From contig CP060228.1 in NCBI GenBank assembly GCA_023898565.1, forward strand, positions 156,170-220,169: DNA of 64,000 nucleotides. Direction: 5' to 3'. This DNA comes from Candidatus Nomurabacteria bacterium (GTDB taxonomy: Bacteria > Patescibacteriota > Minisyncoccia > Phycocordibacterales > UBA918). Under the pieces are notes generated by a model, which did not search any database, was not told the DNA's origin, and saw only the letters and a program-made list of their open reading frames with translations. Positions 48,257 to 56,083 of the stretch are shown one piece after another. The translations under genes were made by a program, and so were the position numbers. Position 1 is the first letter of the stretch, and every line of letters begins with the position of its first letter.

Positions 48257-48793
48257 ATGAAAGTACTTATTATTACTCCACTTTTTCCTCCCGACACCGG
48301 TGCACCGGCGCCGTACTCTAAGCTACTGGCCAAACGACTCGCCAAACACGACGTAACCGTTCTTGCTCACGGCACCCTTCCCGAAACGGTACCGCACGCC
48401 ACTATCATTTCTATTCCTAAAAATTCTCTCAAGACTATCCTCATCGCAAAAACCCTGCGCCAACTATTCCTAGTCAAGACTGACCTTATCGTAGTGAATA
48501 ACGGACCAGCTGTTGAACTACCAATGCTCATCTATTCTTTTTTTGCAAAAACACCTTTCATTTTGATTGAGAGCGACCCAATTTCTCTCTCTCATAGCCA
48601 GACAGGACTGCGCGCATTGGTACACCGGAATCTACGAAAGCGTGCCCGCGGTGTATTACAACTGCCAACACACGAATCGGACTACCTGCCACTTGAAATA
48701 CTTCCTTTTAGGAAAATCGACACAGCGTGCCAAGCGGCTCAAGATGCCTGGTGGAATGAACACTGTAAACAAATTGAATCGTATGGGTCATAA
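48257..48793 (+). CDS. Short protein matching only the N-terminal (acceptor) domain of GT4 glycosyltransferases
   Basis: MKVLIITPLFPPDTGAPAPYSKLLAKRLAKHDVTVLAHG matches Glyco_trans_4-like N-termini. At 178 aa it has no donor-binding C-domain. It may be a split-GT partner or a remnant. Confidence 0.4.
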   Translation: MKVLIITPLFPPDTGAPAPYSKLLAKRLAKHDVTVLAHGTLPETVPHATIISIPKNSLKTILIAKTLRQLFLVKTDLIVVNNGPAVELPMLIYSFFAKTPFILIESDPISLSHSQTGLRALVHRNLRKRARGVLQLPTHESDYLPLEILPFRKIDTACQAAQDAWWNEHCKQIESYGS

Positions 48794-49883
48794 CACCGAA
48801 CAAACTTGGCGAGAATATGTCAGTGTGGAACTCGCGGTATTAGAACCGATTTTAGCTCGGCGTGGCATTGCATTGGATGATAATCAACCCCACATTAGCG
48901 GTGAACGCTTTCTCATGAGAAACATTACCACCACGAGCGGCACCAAATTAATCCTTATTGGTACTACACACACAGGAACACCTGTGGTGATAAAAGCAAC
49001 GCGAGACTATGCCGGCAAAGCTGAACTGCAGCATGAGCGAAAATGTCGCGAGCTGCTACATAAAATTAATTTTGCATATGAGACCTTCTCATCACCGGAA
49101 GAACTTGCCTTGTTTACTGAACACAACTTCTTAATATCAATACAGCGTTTTATAGAGCAGTCTTCAAGTTTTACCGAACGATCACTGCCAGAACAGTTCT
49201 CGTACGCACTAACCGGACTAAAAAACCAAGAAAGCGTGCACGCCACGACGCGCAATCACTATCAGCAAATCACCAGAATCTTTGGTGTGCGAACCAGCCA
49301 AAGCTACCAAGACTTATTTGATGGCTTCTCAAAATTTCTCGAACACAATTGCAGTTCAAAAGAAGTACGAACTGTTGTTGCTCGCGCGCACACACACTTT
49401 TGCAACAATCTTATCCGCGTCCAACAGTATTGCGGCTTTCTGACACACACTGATTTTGTTCCACACAACTTCCGTATTGCCGACGACAAACTATACCTGC
49501 TCGACTTCTCCTCACTCACGTTTGGCAACAAACACGAAGGCTGGGCACGTTTTTTAAATTTTATGACACTCTATAACCCTGAACTTGAAGCGCTGCTCAT
49601 ACGCTACGTTGAAGACAATCGAGCTCCAGAAGAACGCGAATCACTACAACTCTTGCGCATCTATCGACTCGCTGAAATCATCACGTACTATGTTCGCACG
49701 CTCGGAAGTAGCACGGGCAGTCTACACGATCTCAACACCGCTCGTATTCACTTCTGGCGTGATGTGCTCGAAGCAGAACTGGAAAATACGCGAGTTGATC
49801 ACACCATCGTAGCCGCGTATAAAAAACTTCGCGACACACTTCGTAGCGATGAAGAAAAAATGAGACAGAAAAACTTGCACTAG
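48783..49883 (+). CDS. Aminoglycoside/choline-kinase-like phosphotransferase (APH/ChoK fold)
   Basis: The track ORF was trimmed to MGHNTEQTWREY..., with MPGG at 48744 as an alternative start. The Brenner-type catalytic motif HTDFVPHNFRIADDKLYLLDFSSLTFG (HxDxxxxN...D) is present. It overlaps the upstream ORF. Confidence 0.55.
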   Translation: MGHNTEQTWREYVSVELAVLEPILARRGIALDDNQPHISGERFLMRNITTTSGTKLILIGTTHTGTPVVIKATRDYAGKAELQHERKCRELLHKINFAYETFSSPEELALFTEHNFLISIQRFIEQSSSFTERSLPEQFSYALTGLKNQESVHATTRNHYQQITRIFGVRTSQSYQDLFDGFSKFLEHNCSSKEVRTVVARAHTHFCNNLIRVQQYCGFLTHTDFVPHNFRIADDKLYLLDFSSLTFGNKHEGWARFLNFMTLYNPELEALLIRYVEDNRAPEERESLQLLRIYRLAEIITYYVRTLGSSTGSLHDLNTARIHFWRDVLEAELENTRVDHTIVAAYKKLRDTLRSDEEKMRQKNLH

Positions 49884-49919
49884 AAATGAGCGCGGCCCTT
49901 CGGGCCGCGCTCATTTCTA
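49883..49919. terminator. Bidirectional GC-rich hairpin terminator with UUCG loop between convergent genes
   Basis: agaaatgagcgcggccc-ttcg-gggccgcgctcatttct is a 17-bp perfect stem. The kinase TAG stop (49881-49883) and the HD-gene stop (complement of 49917-49919) lie in its two arms. Confidence 0.6.
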
Positions 49920-50462
49920 TTCCTCAAGTCCTTTCAACTGTTCAATTAATCTCCCGTATCGCTCCAAGAGTGGATGTTCCCAGTCTTTCTTTAGTTCAGT
50001 ATAGAGCAATTCTTCAAACCACAGCTTCTTCGCTTTGCCGCGATTAAACACATTCCAAACCGCGCGACCTTTGTGCTCGTAATCGTTTAAAATACTCTCC
50101 GCATTGTGAATCTTATCCGCAATTGAAACCGCGCGCACTCCTTCACCGGCCGCCACCACTCCCGCGACATACCGCTCTTTCCGCGCCTCCCACGACAAGT
50201 CTTTATCTTCACTCACTCCGTCCACCATCACTGCAACATCTTCACCAAGTTTCGCCGCCAACTCTTCCCGCGTCACTGACGTATCTTCAAGCACATCATG
50301 TGTAAAGCCAGCTGCTACCACAGCCTCAGAAAAACCGTACTCTTTAAGGAGCACGCCCACCATCACTGGATGTGTGATGTACGGCGAACCATCACTCTTT
50401 CGCACTTGGTCTTTGTGGGCGGCTGTGGCGAGCCGGAGCGCCTTCTCGGTTAGTGTCATCAT
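49917..50462 (-). CDS. HD-domain small alarmone hydrolase-like protein (RelA/SpoT N-terminal hydrolase fold)
   Basis: ...YITHPVMVGVLLKEYGFSEAVVAAGFTHDVLEDTSVTREELAAKLGEDVAVMVDGVSED matches the (p)ppGpp hydrolase HD domain (HP...HD.vEDT..t.eel...FG..Va.lVdGvtk). It is 181 aa and has no synthetase domain. Confidence 0.6.
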   Translation of the reverse strand: MMTLTEKALRLATAAHKDQVRKSDGSPYITHPVMVGVLLKEYGFSEAVVAAGFTHDVLEDTSVTREELAAKLGEDVAVMVDGVSEDKDLSWEARKERYVAGVVAAGEGVRAVSIADKIHNAESILNDYEHKGRAVWNVFNRGKAKKLWFEELLYTELKKDWEHPLLERYGRLIEQLKGLEE

Positions 50463-50463
50463 A

Positions 50464-51657
50464 CTAATCTACTACTTTGCTAAAGACTTCCTCACGCATC
50501 TTCTTCGCCACAGCATCCCAGTGATACTCCGTCTCCATGAGCTTTCGAGCATTGGCGGTCACTTCAGCCACTTTTTCTGGGTGCGTCAAAATATCCTCAA
50601 CCGCTTTGGCAATTTGCTCTGGCGCATCCGGCTCTACCACCCAAGCGGTTGGTGCTTTGTTTGGATTGTGCGCTTCGTCAAACACAAAATCTTTTAACCC
50701 ACCGACATTTGAAGCAATCACCGGCAAGCGGCCAGCCATAGCTGAAAGTACTGAGTTACCCAGCCCTTCCGAACGACTCGGGTGTACAAAAATATCGCTC
50801 ACAATCGTGTTGCGATACTTTGGCACATCGTCGCGCTCAAGCTGTCCTAAAAATTTCACTCGCTCGCTTACACCTAGCTCTGCAGCCAAAGCCTTGAGTA
50901 TGGCTTCATCAGGTCCGCCGCCGCCAATCAAAAAATGTACATTCTCTGGCAAAAGCGTCAGCGCTCGCACCACTGCATCAATTCCCTTCTGATACACCAG
51001 TCGCGCTGCAATAAAAAGGTACACGTCTCCCTCTTTCTTTCCGAGTGATTCTTTAACCGTTTCAAGCTCGGCATCACCGTAGTACTGGTCGAAGTTTTTT
51101 GGATTAGCACCATTACGCACCAGTACCACCTCACCAGTGTAGCCACGCTTTTCTGGCCACGTTGCCAGATATTCTGAGATAGCCTGAATAACTGCAGCAT
51201 TTTTAATGCCACTATCAATCAGCGGAAGCGCTGGCTTAATAAACCAGCGCTCAAAGACCTTATCGTATGGGTCACCATCTTGGAACGTCACCACATGTGA
51301 CACCTTCACTCCAATCCACCGCGCAAGCGTGAGCGGCATAGTCATGTAGGTCATCATCGCCCACATACCGGCAAGTGGCGATTCTGTGTGTAGCGCCCGT
51401 GCCGTACGTGCAGCCAAAAACACAAACAGAATTTTCGAAAGATACGCTCCACCAAACCCAACCCGGTGCACGGTCACATTTCCCATCACTTCAGTTCGCG
51501 GCGCAGTTGTATCAAAGAGTAGCGTAATGACGTGAAACTCAATATCTTCTGGACTAATCCTCTCGGTGATTTCTTTAATTGCCGCCTCCGCGCCGGAGAC
51601 ATGACATGGATAGTAGGCCAAGGAAAACACTGCTATTCGCTTTTTCATATAACTCAC
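50464..51657 (-). CDS. Family 4 glycosyltransferase
   Basis: It has a GT-B fold and the C-terminal segment ...FVHPSRSEGLGNSVLSAMAGRLPVIASNVGGLKDFV. Confidence 0.75.
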   Translation of the reverse strand: MSYMKKRIAVFSLAYYPCHVSGAEAAIKEITERISPEDIEFHVITLLFDTTAPRTEVMGNVTVHRVGFGGAYLSKILFVFLAARTARALHTESPLAGMWAMMTYMTMPLTLARWIGVKVSHVVTFQDGDPYDKVFERWFIKPALPLIDSGIKNAAVIQAISEYLATWPEKRGYTGEVVLVRNGANPKNFDQYYGDAELETVKESLGKKEGDVYLFIAARLVYQKGIDAVVRALTLLPENVHFLIGGGGPDEAILKALAAELGVSERVKFLGQLERDDVPKYRNTIVSDIFVHPSRSEGLGNSVLSAMAGRLPVIASNVGGLKDFVFDEAHNPNKAPTAWVVEPDAPEQIAKAVEDILTHPEKVAEVTANARKLMETEYHWDAVAKKMREEVFSKVVD

Positions 51658-51696
51658 TTTATCATAAAAGTAGCCCTCAACTTCGGACCATTTTTG

Positions 51697-52572
51697 CTAC
51701 AAATTAGACTGTGTATACTCAGACAACTCGTACTGCTGTTGCCAACCAAGAGCTTCAAGCTTACTCGTATCATCTGCCATACTAGAACGTGATGACTTTG
51801 TTGCGGGAGCATATTGCTTCTCCAGCCCAAACATATCGGCCAGTTCATTCAGTGAATACACTTCTTTGGCGCAAATTGCGTACTCATCGCGCATGCCCTT
51901 TTCGGCAATGAGAAGCAGCGCACTAACCGTGTCTGACACATGTGTAAACGCGCGCGTTTGTTCGCCGGTACCATTGATGGTGCATGGCTCGTGTTTTATG
52001 GCGCACTGCCTGAATGTTTCTACCACCGTACCATACGCACCAGTGTACTGCCCCGCACGTTCACGTGGTCCGTAGACATTATAAAAATACGCAATCGAAT
52101 ACTCGAGATTGTACCAGCGACCGTAGTTGTGTACCAGCTCTGAGTTCATTGCCTTAGAAAAACTATACGGCGCTCGATTGCGCGCTTCTATCTCACTGCT
52201 CCGCTCATCTTGCGTATGTTTGGTCGAGCTGCCAGCGTACACCAACTTGCACTGCTTCTCGCGCCAGAATTCAAGCACAGCCATTGTGCCAGCAGTATTT
52301 AAATCCCACACCAAGTGCGGCTCCGCCAGACTCGGCGCAATGCGAGAGTATTCACCAAGATGAAAAATCACCGTTGGTGTTTCAGAAATATGGAGCGCAA
52401 TATCCTTAGTGTGACCTTCGCGATACTCAACTCCAGGCACATGATTGTCTTTGGTACCTGAAAAGTAATTATCGAGTGAAATGACCGCATACCCTTCCTG
52501 CACCAACCGCTCACAAAGGTGCGACCCGACAAATCCGGCTCCGCCGGTCACGACTGCTAATTGCTGTTCCAT
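51697..52572 (-). CDS. NAD-dependent epimerase/dehydratase (extended SDR; UDP-sugar epimerase or decarboxylase-like)
   Basis: VVTGGAGFVGSHLCERLVQEGYAVISLDNYFSG is the Rossmann motif, and the YxxxK region is present. The protein is 291 aa. Confidence 0.8.
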   Translation of the reverse strand: MEQQLAVVTGGAGFVGSHLCERLVQEGYAVISLDNYFSGTKDNHVPGVEYREGHTKDIALHISETPTVIFHLGEYSRIAPSLAEPHLVWDLNTAGTMAVLEFWREKQCKLVYAGSSTKHTQDERSSEIEARNRAPYSFSKAMNSELVHNYGRWYNLEYSIAYFYNVYGPRERAGQYTGAYGTVVETFRQCAIKHEPCTINGTGEQTRAFTHVSDTVSALLLIAEKGMRDEYAICAKEVYSLNELADMFGLEKQYAPATKSSRSSMADDTSKLEALGWQQQYELSEYTQSNL

Positions 52573-52613
52573 AGTGGTTAGATAGTACCAAAAATACGTC
52601 TGTGATACGAGCG

Positions 52614-53999
52614 TTATTTTGAGTCGGTAAAAAAGGCGCTTTCAGCTGGTTTTGCTGGGCGCGGCGCCACGAGCACACCAAACGTGCCGACTACCAACAA
52701 TGCTCCAAAGGCATAGTATGGCCACGACTCACCGCCTGCTCGTGGCACCGCGCCTGCCGGTGATTGCGACGGCGCAGCAGTGACTTCACTCACCTCAACA
52801 GACTGAGCTAACGGAAACTCTGTGGACTTCTCTGGCATCTCATCACGTATCACTGGATAAAAAGTCACCGCACTATCAGCATACGCAAGTTCAATTTCAT
52901 TCTCTGTTTGCAGCTGCTTGGGAAGCTTGAGTGCCACACTCTCACCTTGTGCGTCGTACACCGCCAGCACCATATCAGTACTACCAATACGTTTTTTTGA
53001 GAGTGTAATGGTCTGATTCGGCAAGAGAATTGTTCGCGGCGGCAACAGCACCTCCTTTGCACCCACTACGCGATACCCAGACAAATCAAGTTCGTACGGC
53101 GAGTCATTATTGATTTGCAAATCACCCACCGAGTTGGTGGTAAGCGACAACGCAACCGGCAGCACCGTAATCGTGTGGCGCGCAATTTGTTCTTGCCGCT
53201 TAAAGCTAGCATACAAAACTACCGCGTACGTTCCTGGGTGCGTAAAATAGTGCGTCGTCTCACTCCCGCTACTCACTGACCCGTCGCCAAAATTCCACTC
53301 ATACAAAAGAGAGTCAATCAAATGATCCCCGATGCCGGAAGCGCTACTTAAAAAAGTGATATCCTGATTCACATACACCGTCTTTGGTGCACTAATTGCC
53401 AATTCCAAAGTGATGCCTGGTAAAACTAATTTTGTTTCAGTTACCTCAACCGGCTTCGCGAGTGGCCCACCATCAGTTTTTCGGACGGAGGCGGATTCAG
53501 ACTTCGCTTGGGCTACTTGTATCTCAGTTGTCGTAATTCCTCGCCCAGGAGTGGCTGCCGCTGTCACCCAGCCACTTGCGGTGTACTGCGCCGTTTCCTT
53601 CGTTACATTATCGCCTCCAATATTTTCCCAATCTTCTCCCCCACTCACTTGATCAACCAGACTCCCATCAACCCTAGCAAGACTCAAGGTCGCACCGGTG
53701 TTTACCAATGCTCCAGTGTAAATCATAAATGCAGAACCAGGAGCAGACGCATCACTACTGCGCTCTAAAACCACATAGCTGTCAGCTGCAATCACACCGC
53801 TCAACGTGATATCAAGATTCACACCATCATTCACATGCCACCCTGTAACGTCTATTGCCGCTCCATCATTATGCAACTCTATCCACTCATAATTCGCAGA
53901 CTCAGCCGAGCCCATCCAAGCTACTTCACTGATTGAAACCGCAGCTTGGACAGCCGTCGGAAACATACCTGTAAACAAGACCAACACCACCCGCCACAT
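52614..53999 (-). CDS. Secreted/anchored protein with a lamin-tail domain (LTD) and a PKD domain
   Basis: It has a signal peptide. The LTD is ISEVAWMGSAESANYEWIELHNDGAAIDVTGWHVNDG, and the PKD domain is YEWNFGDGSVSSGSETTHYFTHPGTYAVVL. The C-terminal hydrophobic anchor is YYAFGALLVVGTFGVLVA. Confidence 0.6.
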   Translation of the reverse strand: MWRVVLVLFTGMFPTAVQAAVSISEVAWMGSAESANYEWIELHNDGAAIDVTGWHVNDGVNLDITLSGVIAADSYVVLERSSDASAPGSAFMIYTGALVNTGATLSLARVDGSLVDQVSGGEDWENIGGDNVTKETAQYTASGWVTAAATPGRGITTTEIQVAQAKSESASVRKTDGGPLAKPVEVTETKLVLPGITLELAISAPKTVYVNQDITFLSSASGIGDHLIDSLLYEWNFGDGSVSSGSETTHYFTHPGTYAVVLYASFKRQEQIARHTITVLPVALSLTTNSVGDLQINNDSPYELDLSGYRVVGAKEVLLPPRTILLPNQTITLSKKRIGSTDMVLAVYDAQGESVALKLPKQLQTENEIELAYADSAVTFYPVIRDEMPEKSTEFPLAQSVEVSEVTAAPSQSPAGAVPRAGGESWPYYAFGALLVVGTFGVLVAPRPAKPAESAFFTDSK

Positions 54000-54005
54000 A
54001 GTTAC

Positions 54006-56066
54006 CTACTGGAATGGCGACCGGCCTTCAGGTGATTCTCTAAGCAGCTTACGAACTGTTGCGATATCAACACCAACATCACCAGACTCCTTAGTAAATG
54101 ATTTTACCTGTGCAGTTGATGACACCTCAGCACCTGACACAGGAATGGGTTTATCTTTACGGTACTCCAATACCACGCGCCTGGCATCGGCAGCTAGAGT
54201 ATTAGCCGGCTGTACTGGTGGCACAATTGATTCTGTTGATGTCGTAGAAGGAGTTGAGACAGATTCAGGTCTCGGAGCTGGCGCTGAAATCGTTTGTGTA
54301 GCAGAATCACTTGGCTGAACACTTTTTAGGGCATCAGCCAAAGCCATGCGAAGTGGTGATGCATCTTCTGATTTCTGTGGCCTTGGCTGCAGCTGCTCTT
54401 TCTTATCGCTATACTTATTTCTATTTCTAGCTGTCACTTCATTTTGTTTTTGGGAAGAGCCGGCTGCCGGCTCTTTTGGTTGTTCTGAAGTCTTTTGCTC
54501 TGCTTGCTTCGCTTCTTTTTTATCAGTATCAGAATCACTCGCCATCTTGGCAAGAATTTGGCGCAAATCATCTGGGCTTTTCTCAGGCGGCCGCTTGCGC
54601 TCATCGGAGCGCACGTCATGTTGCGAATCCCTGCTTCGCGGTGCCGCACTACCACGAGACTGACTGTTGCCAGCATTGTTTCCGAATCCTCCACTGTTGT
54701 TGCCTGAACGCTTTTGCCCACCAGCTCCGCCGCCTGGCTTTTTATCAAATCTCTTCGGTTCTTCGGTACGCTCCGGTGTGTGCAGCTCTGCCACGATCTT
54801 TTCTACTGCCTCACGCTCATTGCCGTATAGTCCTCGACTCGATTCCACCACCATCTCCCGACACGACACCTGCGGCATTGGCACCGGCGGGAGCGTCTTA
54901 GCAGAAAACGGCTGCGAACCAATCCCATCAATCATAAGCGTGAGGTAAATCTGCGCAAAGCCCAAGTTCACTAAGTCAGTCGCCTCAAAGCGTGGCGCGA
55001 AGACTGTTTCGAGCACTTCGGCATCGAACGGACCGACCCGAAATGCAATCGTGGTACCCACGTTTCCAAACACCGCGTTGCGCACGTCTTCCTCCATCTG
55101 CTCGATGTACTGGTGTGCAATGATGAGATTGAGGTGATATTTACGTGCCTCAGAAAGAATATTGGCGAAAGTAGCGTTTGCAAATGACTGAAACTCGTCG
55201 ACGTAAAAATAGAAGTTTGGCATCTGCTTCATCTGCGCTACCGGCAAATCGGCGCGACTCATTGCTGCCAAGTAAATACGCGTGGTGAGCATTGACCCTA
55301 ATAGATTGGCATTGGTTTCACCGATCAATCCTTTTGAAAGGTTCATAATGAGAATTTTCTTCTCATCCATGAGCTTTCGAATATCAAAGCTTGAATGTGG
55401 CTGCCCGATAATGTTACGAATGAGCGGATTGCCTGTAAACTGACCGATCTTATTTTGAATGGCTGGCAGTGCTTCAGCAGTGAAGCGGTCAGTGTAGTTG
55501 GCGAATTCATCCACCCAAAATGCCTTCACCGCTGGGTCTTGAATGTAGTCCACCACCTTCTTACGAAACTCCTTATCGACAAACAAGCGATTTACTGACA
55601 AGAGTGTAGTGTCTGGATACTCAATGAGTGCCAAGAGCGCATTGGTAAGGATGTACTCCATGCGCGCACTCCAGGCATCAACCCAAATCTTTTTGAAGGT
55701 CGACATGAGCCCAGACACCACCAAGTGCCGCTTGTCCGGACCAACGTCTTCCATGACGTTAAATGAAATTGGATGGTCTAAATCAAACGGCGCAAAATAT
55801 ACCACGTCCTGTACGCGATGTTCTGGCACATACTCAAGCAGGGTTTCAGCGGCGGAGCCGTGCGGATCAATGAAAGCCATCCCTTCACCATTTTGGATGT
55901 CTTGCGCGGCCATGTTTTCGAGCAAGGTGGACTTACCCATACCGGTCTTTCCCACCACGTACATGTGACGCTGACGATCCTTCGCCTTAATACCAAAAGC
56001 CACCTCCTGACCTCGAGCGTCAGTCTTAGCGAAAAAGGTAATCTTTTCCGGATCAAAAGCTGTCAT
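54006..56066 (-). CDS. TraD/TrwB/VirD4-like AAA ATPase (type IV secretion DNA-binding-domain family) with a long disordered C-terminal tail
   Basis: The N-terminus ...RQRHMYVVGKTGMGKSTLLENMAAQDIQNGEGMAFIDPHG has a Walker A motif and a coupling-protein-like context. FYVDEFQSF is a Walker B-like segment and IIAHQYIEQM is present. The last roughly 250 aa are low-complexity and rich in K, E, S, Q, P and G. No N-terminal TM helices are present. Confidence 0.5.
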   Translation of the reverse strand: MTAFDPEKITFFAKTDARGQEVAFGIKAKDRQRHMYVVGKTGMGKSTLLENMAAQDIQNGEGMAFIDPHGSAAETLLEYVPEHRVQDVVYFAPFDLDHPISFNVMEDVGPDKRHLVVSGLMSTFKKIWVDAWSARMEYILTNALLALIEYPDTTLLSVNRLFVDKEFRKKVVDYIQDPAVKAFWVDEFANYTDRFTAEALPAIQNKIGQFTGNPLIRNIIGQPHSSFDIRKLMDEKKILIMNLSKGLIGETNANLLGSMLTTRIYLAAMSRADLPVAQMKQMPNFYFYVDEFQSFANATFANILSEARKYHLNLIIAHQYIEQMEEDVRNAVFGNVGTTIAFRVGPFDAEVLETVFAPRFEATDLVNLGFAQIYLTLMIDGIGSQPFSAKTLPPVPMPQVSCREMVVESSRGLYGNEREAVEKIVAELHTPERTEEPKRFDKKPGGGAGGQKRSGNNSGGFGNNAGNSQSRGSAAPRSRDSQHDVRSDERKRPPEKSPDDLRQILAKMASDSDTDKKEAKQAEQKTSEQPKEPAAGSSQKQNEVTARNRNKYSDKKEQLQPRPQKSEDASPLRMALADALKSVQPSDSATQTISAPAPRPESVSTPSTTSTESIVPPVQPANTLAADARRVVLEYRKDKPIPVSGAEVSSTAQVKSFTKESGDVGVDIATVRKLLRESPEGRSPFQ

Positions 56067-56083
56067 TTGTATTTAGTATACCA

